From an uncultured Bacteroidales bacterium (GTDB lineage: Bacteria > Bacteroidota > Bacteroidia > Bacteroidales > B18-G4), in NCBI GenBank assembly GCA_964404735.1, contig CAYOLA010000067.1:8619-72618 (forward strand): a stretch of DNA of 64,000 nucleotides. Reading direction: 5' to 3'. The translations under genes were made by a program, and so were the position numbers. The notes beneath the pieces are model-generated. The model did not search any database, was not told the DNA's origin, and was given only the letters and a program-made list of their open reading frames with translations. Shown here piece after piece: positions 19,383 to 28,064 of the stretch (its first letter is position 1; each line of letters opens with the position of its first letter).

Positions 19383-20369
19383 TTAAATGGTTGATACCGG
19401 TGTTTCATCATCCCGTTCCTGTTCAAGGTAGATGTTTTCTTTGCGAAACGGGAACCTTCTGTTTTTCGGGGGCAAATAGTAAACCTGCGGTTTTGTTCCG
19501 AGCTCTTCGTGGACCGTATACCCGGCGTTTTCCCTTATCAGTTCACTGAATACGACCGTTTCGCCCGTAGTGCCGTTGGTGACGGCATCTTCTAACCTGT
19601 CGCCGAAGTAATAAACGCCATTGGGGCAGGCCGAAACACAATAGGGCAGTTGTCCCTTACGCAGGCGGTCGGCACTGAACAGGCATTTTGAGATGGTACC
19701 GCGTTTTTGCGGAACATTGAGTTCCACATCGTAAACCCTTTCTTTTTCCTCATCGGTAAGTTGGGGCTCGAACCAGTTAAAAATCCTGGCTGAGTAAGGG
19801 CAACCGGCAATGCAGAAACGGCAGCCGATGCAACGCAGGTTGTCGATCAGCACGATGCCGTCCTTTCTCTTAAAGGTGGCATTGACCGGGCATACTTTGG
19901 TGCAGGGAGGGTTATCGCAATGGTAGCAGGGTTTGGGCATGTAATAGGGGGCAGTATCTTCCGCATCCTGCATTTGTAGTACATTAATATGATGCTGTTC
20001 AGGGCGGAGTTCATGTGCCGATTGGCATGCCGACATGCATTTTCTGGCATTCTGGCATCGCGAGAGGTCGATGACCATCACCCAGTGATGTCCGGTCAGG
20101 CCTTCGCGGCCGCGTTTCTGGTATGTGCTGAGGACTTCATCCCGGTTTTCCGTTGATTCGCCGGTAACTGGCTGAAGCGTGGAAGAGTCTGCTTCGACCA
20201 GCCGTCCGTCGGTGGTCATAACCCTGACCTTTTCATCAGTGCCGGCCTTATCATCGCTGCATGAAGCAAGGATACCACTTCCTGCTACTACACCGGCGCC
20301 AAGCAGAAAACCCGATCGCAAAAAATCACGCCGGGAATCGCTGCCGGTATTTTTCTTTTTTTTCGCCAT
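19383..20369 (-). CDS. Tat-exported NrfC/PsrB-type iron-sulfur subunit
   Basis: Twin-arginine signal SRRDFLRSG with lipobox-like ILASC. Cys motifs are CQNARKCMSAC, CYHCDNPPCTKVCP, CIGCRFCIAGCP and CLFS...CVSACP. Confidence 0.85.
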   Translation of the reverse strand: MAKKKKNTGSDSRRDFLRSGFLLGAGVVAGSGILASCSDDKAGTDEKVRVMTTDGRLVEADSSTLQPVTGESTENRDEVLSTYQKRGREGLTGHHWVMVIDLSRCQNARKCMSACQSAHELRPEQHHINVLQMQDAEDTAPYYMPKPCYHCDNPPCTKVCPVNATFKRKDGIVLIDNLRCIGCRFCIAGCPYSARIFNWFEPQLTDEEKERVYDVELNVPQKRGTISKCLFSADRLRKGQLPYCVSACPNGVYYFGDRLEDAVTNGTTGETVVFSELIRENAGYTVHEELGTKPQVYYLPPKNRRFPFRKENIYLEQERDDETPVSTI

Positions 20370-20376
20370 GTAAAGT

Positions 20377-20400
20377 TTACCTTAGATTTTATCAAGGTAA
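20377..20400. promoter_or_regulatory. Perfect inverted repeat TTACCTT-N10-AAGGTAA just upstream of the Fe-S gene start
   Basis: Read directly: ttaccttagattttatcaaggtaa. It lies 8-31 nt upstream of the ATG (20369-20367). Possible operator or 5'-UTR hairpin. Confidence 0.35.
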
Positions 20401-20576
20401 AAATAACGAAAATAAATATGTCGTAATGATTGAAGTATTCTAATACCTGAATATGACGTGATTTAAAAGCATTCTAAATAAATGCGCAAGCAGCATGAAT
20501 GCGATAGTGCCAGCCGGGCGGCGAAGAACATGGTTTCGGTTATCAGGACCGGGTGCTGCTTGAATGAAGGAAATAC

Positions 20577-21425
20577 TTACCAGCTTCCACCGGCTCCGCC
20601 GCCACCAAAGCTCCCACCACCGAATCCGCCAAATCCGCCACCACCAAAGCTGCTGCCGCCCGATGAACTTCCCCGGCCAATGCTGCCGCTGCCCATCATG
20701 CTCCCCAGCCAGAAAGCAGTCCAGGGGGAAACATTTCTTTTTCCGATGGTACGCGAACGGCGCGAAAGCCTGCTGATGAGAATAAAAATGAGAATAAAGA
20801 TAAAGAAGGGCGCAAAGGCCCACCAATCCGCTTTTCCCGACCTGTTGTACTCGTCGGAAGTGTATTCGCCGGCTGCAAGTTCCATCAGTACGGTGGTGGC
20901 GGCGTCAAGACCGCTATAATAATTGTTTTCCCTGAAATACGGGATCATCTCCTGGTCGATAATATGCCCGGCAGTAATGTCGGGAATGGCACCTTCCAGC
21001 CCATGACCCACTGCGATCCAGGCCTGCCCGCGCTGGCCTGCTGTTTTTGGTTTGATAACCACGATTACCCCGTTGTCGAGATCAGCCTGCCCAACACCCC
21101 ACTGATCGCCGATACGGTCGGCAAATTCAGATATTTCATAGCCATACAGCTCATTGGTGATGATGATCAGGATCTGGTTTGAAGTGGTATCATTGAATCG
21201 CACGAGCTTGTCTTCAAGTGCCATGTTCTCTGAATAACTGAGTATTCCGGCCATATCTGCCAGCAGGCGCGGCGGGTCGGGCGGACCGGGGATATCCTGT
21301 CCGGAGCTTATTGATATACCGAGCATGACAAAAAGAACGCCGAGGGTTCTTTTGATGCAGGTTTGAAGCGATGATAAATAGTTGCCGGCCATGGTCAGAT
21401 GTTTAGTTCGGATGTCATATGTCAT
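20577..21425 (-). CDS. TPM-domain protein (YgcG-like) with TM helix and Gly-rich tail
   Basis: Signal/anchor, then a TPM-like body (ILIIITNELYGYEISEFADRIGDQWGVG...GHGLEGAIPD), a TM helix WWAFAPFFIFILIFILI, and the tail GGSSFGGGGFGGFGGGSFGGGGAGGSW. Its ATG overlaps the upstream stop (ATGA). Confidence 0.75.
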   Translation of the reverse strand: MTYDIRTKHLTMAGNYLSSLQTCIKRTLGVLFVMLGISISSGQDIPGPPDPPRLLADMAGILSYSENMALEDKLVRFNDTTSNQILIIITNELYGYEISEFADRIGDQWGVGQADLDNGVIVVIKPKTAGQRGQAWIAVGHGLEGAIPDITAGHIIDQEMIPYFRENNYYSGLDAATTVLMELAAGEYTSDEYNRSGKADWWAFAPFFIFILIFILISRLSRRSRTIGKRNVSPWTAFWLGSMMGSGSIGRGSSSGGSSFGGGGFGGFGGGSFGGGGAGGSW

Positions 21426-21868
21426 GAACTGCCAAATGAAATGTCGTCGGGGAGTTCGTTAATGTCGTTGGTTTGATAGGGGAAGTGTTTTTTTAGGTAA
21501 GCGCCGGTTCTTGTGATCCCTTTGATCAATCCGTCCGTGAATTTTTCCTCCCGGAAATCATTCAGCATATCGGTTTTCAGCTTTTCCCAGAAATCTTCGG
21601 GAACAATGCGGTTTATTCCTTCATCGCCGATCACGGCAAACTTCCTGTTTTTTACCGCAAGGTAGAACAACACCCCATTACGCTGCCTGGTTTCATTGAT
21701 CTTCAGTTTATTGAAGACAAACATGGCCCGGTTCATCACTTCCCCCGGACAGTGTTTGTCGATATGTACCATGATCTCGCCCGAGGTGTCGAGCTCGGCG
21801 TTCATAATGGCCTGCATGATATCGTCGCGTTGTTCTTTTGTAAAGAATTCCCTGGCTGTTCCCGGCAT
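21422..21868 (-). CDS. TPM-domain protein (short, soluble form)
   Basis: 148 aa with the pattern EIMVHIDKHCPG...RNGVLFYLAVKNRKFAVIGDEGI, which I recognise as TPM/TLP18.3-like. Confidence 0.7.
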   Translation of the reverse strand: MPGTAREFFTKEQRDDIMQAIMNAELDTSGEIMVHIDKHCPGEVMNRAMFVFNKLKINETRQRNGVLFYLAVKNRKFAVIGDEGINRIVPEDFWEKLKTDMLNDFREEKFTDGLIKGITRTGAYLKKHFPYQTNDINELPDDISFGSS

Positions 21869-21883
21869 ACTATATTGTTTAAT

Positions 21884-22498
21884 TTAATTACTGAGGTAAT
21901 CATTCACATCAGGCGCCTGGTCGCTTCCTTCACGTGCTTCAAAATATGCTTTGCCTTCGAAGCCAAACCAGGAAGCCATCATACGCGGGAAGAATCTTCT
22001 CGTATAGGTATTATAATCCCGTGTGGCTTCATTGAATTTTCGCCTGGCATTGCTGATGCGGTTTTCAGTCCCTTCAAGCTGGCGCTGCAGGTCGAGGTAA
22101 TTCTGATTGGCTTTCAGGTCTGGATATTTTTCTACCACCACCAGGAGTTTCGACAAGGCGCTGCTCAACCCTTCCTGTGCCTGCTGAAATTGTTGTATGC
22201 TGGCAGCATCCAGTTTGCCCGGATCAATGGTCACCGATGTGGCTTTCGACCTGGCTTCCACTACTTCGGTAAGCGTTTCCTGCTCGTATTCGGCATACGA
22301 ACGCACTGTTTTTACCAGGTTCGGGATGAGGTCGGCCCGCCTTTGATAGTCGTTTTCGACCTGCGACCATTTTTCGGTCACGGCTTCATCAAGCCTGACC
22401 AGTTTGTTGTAAACCGAAATCCCCGAAAACAATAAAATAATTGCGATGAGCAGGATCAGGGCAATGGCAATGCCCCCGATAATCATTTTTGGTTTCAT
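21884..22498 (-). CDS. lemA: LemA family protein
   Basis: N-terminal TM helix followed by YNKLVRLDEAVTEKWSQVENDYQRRADLIPNLV...YPDLKANQNYLDLQRQLEGTENRI. This is the classic LemA pattern. Confidence 0.88.
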   Translation of the reverse strand: MKPKMIIGGIAIALILLIAIILLFSGISVYNKLVRLDEAVTEKWSQVENDYQRRADLIPNLVKTVRSYAEYEQETLTEVVEARSKATSVTIDPGKLDAASIQQFQQAQEGLSSALSKLLVVVEKYPDLKANQNYLDLQRQLEGTENRISNARRKFNEATRDYNTYTRRFFPRMMASWFGFEGKAYFEAREGSDQAPDVNDYLSN

Positions 22499-22533
22499 GT
22501 TGTTTTATATCTGTTTGAAAAGGGTTTGTTTTG

Positions 22534-24438
22534 TTATTCAATCATGTCAAGGCTTCTCTTAACAAAATCGCTCAGTGCTTTGCCCTTAAGCAGGTTTTGC
22601 GACAGCAGGGCCAGGTCGTAGGCCTGTTTAACGAGATTGTCCTGTTTTTCTTCTTCCTTCTCGTCAAGGATCCTGCTTAGCAGCGGATGGTTCACGTTTA
22701 CCACGAGGTTGTAATGCTCTGGCAGGCGATCCATGCCGGTCATGCCGCCACCCAATGCCGACATGTCTTTCATCCTGCGCATGAATTCGGGCCTGGTGAT
22801 GATGAAAGGTACGTCATTTTCACCCAGGTTTTCGAAAACTACGAAAAACTCTTCCTTCCTGATGTTCCTTTCGATCACCGGCATAAGGCTTTCTTTTTGT
22901 TTTTCATCAAGTTTTGAAGGCGCCTCTTCGTCTTTACTGATCAGCTTGCCTACCGTGTCGGAATCTACGCGGGTAAAACGGATCTTGTCATCTTTTTGCT
23001 CCATGCTGTTGATAAAATGGCTGTCGAGTATGCCGTCAAATACAAGCACATCATAGCCTTTTTCCACGGCTGTCGCGATATAGCTGTGCTGTTCATCCGT
23101 ATCGCCTGCGTAAAGGATTACCAGCTTTCCGTCTTTGTCGGTCTGCAGGTCTTTGATATGTTTTTGATACTCTTCGGGGGTGAAGTATTTGCCTTCGGTG
23201 TTCTTGTAAAGCAAGAATTTCTTTGCTTTGTCGAAGAATTTATCTTCCGTTATCATCCCGTACTGGATAAAGACCCTGATATCGTCCCATTTCTTTTCAA
23301 AGCCTTCACGGTCCTTTTTGAAAAGCTCTTCCAGTTTGTCGGATACTTTTCTCATGATATAACCCGATATCTTCTTTACGCTGGCATCGCTCTGCAGGTA
23401 GGAACGCGAAACATTCAGCGGAATGTCGGGTGAGTCGATCACCCCGTGCAGTAGTGTGAGGAAGTCGGGTACGATACCTTCCACCGAGTCGGTTACAAAA
23501 ACCTGGTTGCAATAGAGCTGGATCTTGTCTTTCTGGATTTCAACATTCCGTTTTACTTTCGGGAAATAGAGTATCCCGGTGAGATTAAAAGGATAGTCAA
23601 CATTCAGATGGATCTGGAACAGGGGTTCCTCCATTGTCATGGGGTAGAGTTCGCGGTAGAACTCTTTATAGTCATCTCCGGTGCAATCGGCCGGCATTTT
23701 TTTCCACAGCGGATCGGTATTATTGATGATCCTGGGCTTTTCAAGCTGTATGGTTTTTGGCTTGCCGTCCTTGTCTGTTTCACCTTCTACCGTTTCGGTT
23801 ACCTTTTCCGTTCCAAACTGTATGGGTACGGGAAGGAATCGGCTGTATTTTTTGAGTAGTGAAAGTATTCTGTACTCCTCAAGGAATTCTTTTGAGTCTT
23901 TATCGAGATAGATGATCACGTCGGTCCCACGACCGGCTTTTTCGGTTTCGGTCAGGGTATATTCGGGGCTTCCGTCGCACTCCCATTGCATGGCCTTTGT
24001 TTGCCCGCCTTTTTTATAGGTTTTGGTACGCAGCACCACTTTATCTGCTACCATGAAAGCCGAATAAAAGCCAAGGCCAAAATGACCAATAATGGAATTC
24101 CTTTCAGCTTCGCTTTTATTCCTGAACTTCTTAACGAATTCTTCGGCACTGGAAAAGGCGATCTGATTGATGTATTTGTCAATCTCTTCGGCATTCATGC
24201 CGATCCCCTTATCCCTGACCGTTAATGTTCCCGCTTTTTTGTCGACTTCCACCACGATGGTAAGGTCGCCCAGTTCTCCGCTGAATTTGCCTGTCGAGGC
24301 AAGGGTCTTCAGCTTCTGGGTAGCGTCGGTCGCGTTGGATATTAATTCCCTCAGGAAAATTTCATGGTCGGAGTAAAGAAATTTTTTGATGATCGGGAAG
24401 ATGTTTTCGGTCTGTACGTTTATTTGTCCTTTTTGCAT
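22534..24438 (-). CDS. htpG: Molecular chaperone HtpG (Hsp90)
   Basis: FLRELISNATDA, DKGIGM, GHFGLGFYSAF in the N-terminal GHKL ATPase domain. 634 aa. Confidence 0.93.
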   Translation of the reverse strand: MQKGQINVQTENIFPIIKKFLYSDHEIFLRELISNATDATQKLKTLASTGKFSGELGDLTIVVEVDKKAGTLTVRDKGIGMNAEEIDKYINQIAFSSAEEFVKKFRNKSEAERNSIIGHFGLGFYSAFMVADKVVLRTKTYKKGGQTKAMQWECDGSPEYTLTETEKAGRGTDVIIYLDKDSKEFLEEYRILSLLKKYSRFLPVPIQFGTEKVTETVEGETDKDGKPKTIQLEKPRIINNTDPLWKKMPADCTGDDYKEFYRELYPMTMEEPLFQIHLNVDYPFNLTGILYFPKVKRNVEIQKDKIQLYCNQVFVTDSVEGIVPDFLTLLHGVIDSPDIPLNVSRSYLQSDASVKKISGYIMRKVSDKLEELFKKDREGFEKKWDDIRVFIQYGMITEDKFFDKAKKFLLYKNTEGKYFTPEEYQKHIKDLQTDKDGKLVILYAGDTDEQHSYIATAVEKGYDVLVFDGILDSHFINSMEQKDDKIRFTRVDSDTVGKLISKDEEAPSKLDEKQKESLMPVIERNIRKEEFFVVFENLGENDVPFIITRPEFMRRMKDMSALGGGMTGMDRLPEHYNLVVNVNHPLLSRILDEKEEEKQDNLVKQAYDLALLSQNLLKGKALSDFVKRSLDMIE

Positions 24439-24545
24439 ATCCGTCGATTTTTTTTATCTACATCCGGCAGGATCAAAGCATGTGCCAATACTTTTATGCT
24501 GACATTTTGGCTGCATTCGTATCTTTATGCAAAAAATTGTCGGTT

Positions 24546-25220
24546 ATGGGAACCCTGATCAATGTCGGTGCCGTGATCCTGGGCAGTCTGATCGGTCTGA
24601 TGATCAACCGGAAGTTGCCTTCTGCCATCGTGCGTGTCCTCTTTCAGGCCATTGGTTTATTTACCCTGGTACTGGGGATGAACATGGCGCTGCGGACTGA
24701 GCATTACCTGATCGTGATCATCAGCCTGGTAATGGGAGCGGTATGTGGTGAATGGATCGGTCTTGACCGGCGCCTGAACCATTGGAGCGAAAGATTGAAG
24801 AGCCGGCTCAAAATGGGAAATGAAAAGTTTTCGGAGGGGATGCTTACAGCATTTCTGCTTTATTGTATGGGGGCCATGACCATTATGGGCGCCATTGAGG
24901 AGGGTGTTGAGGGCACTTATGAGATATTGCTCCTAAAATCTTTGATGGACGGTGTATCTTCCATTGCACTTGCTTCAGGCCTTGGGATCGGGGTGATGTT
25001 TTCATCCATCCCTTTGCTGATATACCAGGGCGGGTTAACGCTCATTTCTTCCCTTATCGGCGAACGCTTTACAGATGTGATCGTAAGTGACCTGAGCGCC
25101 ACCGGCGGCATTCTTCTCATTGGTCTCGGTATCAACATCCTTGAGATCAAGAAGCTGAAGATACTGAACATGATCCCCGCACTGGTATTTGTTGTGTTGT
25201 TGTCCTGGTTTTTTTATTGA
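24546..25220 (+). CDS. DUF554-family membrane protein (YqgA-like)
   Basis: MGTLINVGAVILGSLIGL... followed by a polytopic hydrophobic profile. Start placed at ATG 24546. Confidence 0.7.
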   Translation: MGTLINVGAVILGSLIGLMINRKLPSAIVRVLFQAIGLFTLVLGMNMALRTEHYLIVIISLVMGAVCGEWIGLDRRLNHWSERLKSRLKMGNEKFSEGMLTAFLLYCMGAMTIMGAIEEGVEGTYEILLLKSLMDGVSSIALASGLGIGVMFSSIPLLIYQGGLTLISSLIGERFTDVIVSDLSATGGILLIGLGINILEIKKLKILNMIPALVFVVLLSWFFY

Positions 25221-25224
25221 AGCA

Positions 25225-27321
25225 TCAATCGCTCTTGATGAACTTTCCGCTGCGAATGCCTGATTCTGTGATGACTTTAACGAAGTACAAGCCCTGTCTG
25301 AGCCGGCTGATATCAACCGCATTGATCTGATCAGGCTTTAGTTTCAGGCTCAGTATCCGTGTTGAAAAAGTATTGTAGATCTCAAGGCTTGCATCCAGCC
25401 CGTTCGTGATGCCTGCATCAACATTCAGGATGTTTGTTGCCGGGTTTGGGAACAGGCGCAAATCATCGCCGGAGGCGATCCTTGTATTGATGATCAGTTG
25501 TGAAGTTGCCATGTCGTCCATCGAAATCCCGGCATCCTTCATGAAAACCTGCGCCGATGCATCGTCGGCTGCTCCATCACATTCGAAATACATATCCGGC
25601 GATACCTTGATTGATGCTTCGGCCCCGTGCATCGTCCTGAACCCTTCACGGAGCATGATCTGGCCGGAGGCTTCCATGATGAGGTTTCCTCCGGGCATGA
25701 CCACCACATCGCCCTGGGGGATGAGGCTGCTGATGTAGTTTCCGCTGACAATCTTCCCTCCGATCAGTTCCCATGTGCCAATTATATATTTATTCTGAAA
25801 ATACAAATTTGTCAGGATCACTTCATTAACGATCTCCTCGAGGATGTCGGCCGGCAGTACATCATGATAGGTTGTGTTTTCGGGGATGATGCAAAGGTCG
25901 AAGAGCGACTGCCCGTTTCTGATGTCGAGTGCGCTGTAATAAGGGATATAGGCCGGGTCGCTCAGGCGTTCAAACTCTATGGTTGGATAATAGAGCGGGG
26001 TAATGCCCGGTACCAGCAGTTGCAGCCACCAGTAGCTTGCCTGTTTGATGATGGGCGACATGCTGGTGAGGTCTTTGGGCAGCCATGATCCGGCCTGCAT
26101 TTCGGCGGCGGTAAGGTCGAAAGTCTTCACCGTCCCGCTCAGGGGCCCAATATGGTACTTGATCTTGTACCAGCCCCCTGAATTCGGGTTAGGATCCGTA
26201 TTTGAGAATGAAACGCCTATATTACGGGTCAGGTGCGGATAGCCGTTGCCGTTCATGGTATTGAGTTCATTAAAAAAGGCATCGTGAATCCCTCCGCCGG
26301 GGTCGTAAGCGTTATAAATAAGCAGTTGCTTTGCAGCCGTATTGCTGAGGGCGTGTTTGGCAAATTCGTCATCCTCCTCATTTTCTTTTTTGAAATTCTG
26401 AAGGGGTTCCGATATCACTGCGCCCTGGTGGGGCGAGTCGATGGCAATGAAGGTATGCACAGGCAGCGGGTTGTTGTCCTGTTCAGCTTTGGCGAGGGCA
26501 TAGCGCGAGATGATACCGCCCATGCTCACACCGCCGGCAACAACAAGTTCGTCTCCGTAGAGGTAGGAAACATACTGAATGGCGGAAGCGAATACAGCGG
26601 CATTGTTCCGGATGTCCTGTGTGCCAAAAAAGTTGTCGAGCAGGAATACATCATAACCATGGTCATTGAAGCATTCGATCAGGTCGGCAGCCGCATGGTA
26701 ATACATTTCCTGCGGGTTGGTGTTATAGGCGTCGAAGCCTTCGGAGAACACAATGGCATTGAGCGCTCCTGGTTTGTTTCCGGCCCATTTCCTTAAGGTA
26801 TTGCCCGCATTGTCTTTGTAAAGGCTTTGCGAAGCAGGGATCACCTCCACCTTGTATTGCCTGAAGCGGATGGTGCCATCAGAAAATACCACCCTTACCA
26901 TGAGGTCATAAGATCCTGTTTGCGGGAAGCTGAGGGCCGACTCGAACCAAACAACGTCCTGTTTTGCAGATCCGCTGTAGATCACAAAATAACCGTTGTT
27001 GTTAATGTTCACTTCAACATGAACCATGTAAAGCAGGGCATTGGTCGGGCTGAAGCGGCTGGTGAAATTGATGAAGTTATTCCCCTTTTGAATGTAAACG
27101 GGGATTATATCGGCATTAAGCACGCAGAGATGAACACCCTGCGAATTGTTGCCCAAAGCCTGCCACTGGTAAAAGGTGGGGTCGGCAGGGCTTGAGCCGG
27201 TCAGAACATAGGCCGTCGACTGGGCTTTCCAGTCGTTGCAGATCTGGGCACGAAGTTTTGGATGAAGATTGGCACTGAGCAGTATTGGTATGATGAGCAG
27301 TTTTAGATATGTAGTTTTCAT
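25225..27321 (-). CDS. T9SS-secreted alpha/beta-hydrolase (lipase/esterase-like)
   Basis: Signal peptide, nucleophile elbow GVSMGG, IAIDSPHQG, and a C-terminal T9SS type-A sorting domain (LFPNPATNILNVD...GLYFVKVITESGIRSGKFIKSD). Confidence 0.75.
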   Translation of the reverse strand: MKTTYLKLLIIPILLSANLHPKLRAQICNDWKAQSTAYVLTGSSPADPTFYQWQALGNNSQGVHLCVLNADIIPVYIQKGNNFINFTSRFSPTNALLYMVHVEVNINNNGYFVIYSGSAKQDVVWFESALSFPQTGSYDLMVRVVFSDGTIRFRQYKVEVIPASQSLYKDNAGNTLRKWAGNKPGALNAIVFSEGFDAYNTNPQEMYYHAAADLIECFNDHGYDVFLLDNFFGTQDIRNNAAVFASAIQYVSYLYGDELVVAGGVSMGGIISRYALAKAEQDNNPLPVHTFIAIDSPHQGAVISEPLQNFKKENEEDDEFAKHALSNTAAKQLLIYNAYDPGGGIHDAFFNELNTMNGNGYPHLTRNIGVSFSNTDPNPNSGGWYKIKYHIGPLSGTVKTFDLTAAEMQAGSWLPKDLTSMSPIIKQASYWWLQLLVPGITPLYYPTIEFERLSDPAYIPYYSALDIRNGQSLFDLCIIPENTTYHDVLPADILEEIVNEVILTNLYFQNKYIIGTWELIGGKIVSGNYISSLIPQGDVVVMPGGNLIMEASGQIMLREGFRTMHGAEASIKVSPDMYFECDGAADDASAQVFMKDAGISMDDMATSQLIINTRIASGDDLRLFPNPATNILNVDAGITNGLDASLEIYNTFSTRILSLKLKPDQINAVDISRLRQGLYFVKVITESGIRSGKFIKSD

Positions 27322-27328
27322 GAGAATT

Positions 27329-27991
27329 TTAGAGTTTTAGTCCGATTTTCAATTCTATGGTAACACTGGGGAACCACTGGCTCCCGTTTTCGTAGTCCTT
27401 ATTGTATGGAAACTCATGCTGGCCGGTTCCGACTTGTTTTTTGTTTGCATTACGGCTGCTGATGTAGCGTGTTCCGATACCTATCACAGGGTTGAACATC
27501 AAAGGCCCGGCAATGCGAAGCTGGTAACCGGCCATTGCATGAAATGCCAAAAGGTTGCGGTAAACAAAGTAAATGTTTTGAATGCCGTTATTATAGGTTT
27601 CCTGCATATCCGATTCGGTATATTGGTATAGGATCTGCGGTCCGATATGGAATCCTTTGAATCCGGGTTCCCCCGGAAACAAATAATAGCGGTACCCGGC
27701 CGATATTGAAAACCCCCTCGTTTTATCTGTATATATTGTTGTGTAAGGCTTTCCGCAGGATGCGCATGGGAAGATGAACATGGCATCGGTTTCGAGGCTT
27801 TGATTGTTACCAATGGCAAATTCAACTCCCATTCTGAGACCGGCACTCTTGCTTACCTGGTCGCCAAGCAGGCTGATAACATCATATTTTACCATGATTC
27901 CCGTTCTGCCTGATGGTGATTCCTGGGCTGTTGCCATAAAGGCCATAAAAAGGCACAGAAGTCCTGCGTTTATTCCACTCAGATTTTTCAT
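27329..27991 (-). CDS. Small outer-membrane beta-barrel protein (possibly DUF3575-like)
   Basis: Signal peptide ...AFMATAQE, alternating aromatic/hydrophilic strands (GFSISAGYRYYLF, AFHAMAGYQLRI), and the terminal strand VTIELKIGLKL. Family call is tentative. Confidence 0.5.
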   Translation of the reverse strand: MKNLSGINAGLLCLFMAFMATAQESPSGRTGIMVKYDVISLLGDQVSKSAGLRMGVEFAIGNNQSLETDAMFIFPCASCGKPYTTIYTDKTRGFSISAGYRYYLFPGEPGFKGFHIGPQILYQYTESDMQETYNNGIQNIYFVYRNLLAFHAMAGYQLRIAGPLMFNPVIGIGTRYISSRNANKKQVGTGQHEFPYNKDYENGSQWFPSVTIELKIGLKL

Positions 27992-28064
27992 AACAAAGGG
28001 TTTTAGATTATTGGTTTCTAATTTCGGAAAGGTATTTCAATATAAAATTAAAAAATTTACCGGT

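Noticed and set aside
20356-20363. A8/T8 homopolymer in codons 3-6 of the Fe-S gene (MAKKKKN) as a possible slipped-strand phase-variation switch
   Set aside because: The tract is short and simply encodes the Lys run of a Tat signal n-region. Similar runs occur in other genes here, for example the pyrF N-terminus.
20482-20919. Pro-rich 145-aa plus-strand ORF (PPAPPPPKLPPPNPPNPPPPKLLPP)
   Set aside because: It is the mirror image of the Gly-rich tail (GGN codons) of the TPM protein on the other strand, not an independent proline-rich protein.
21752-22435. 227-aa plus-strand ORF antisense to lemA
   Set aside because: The sense strand carries a clear LemA signature, and the antisense product shows no recognisable features.
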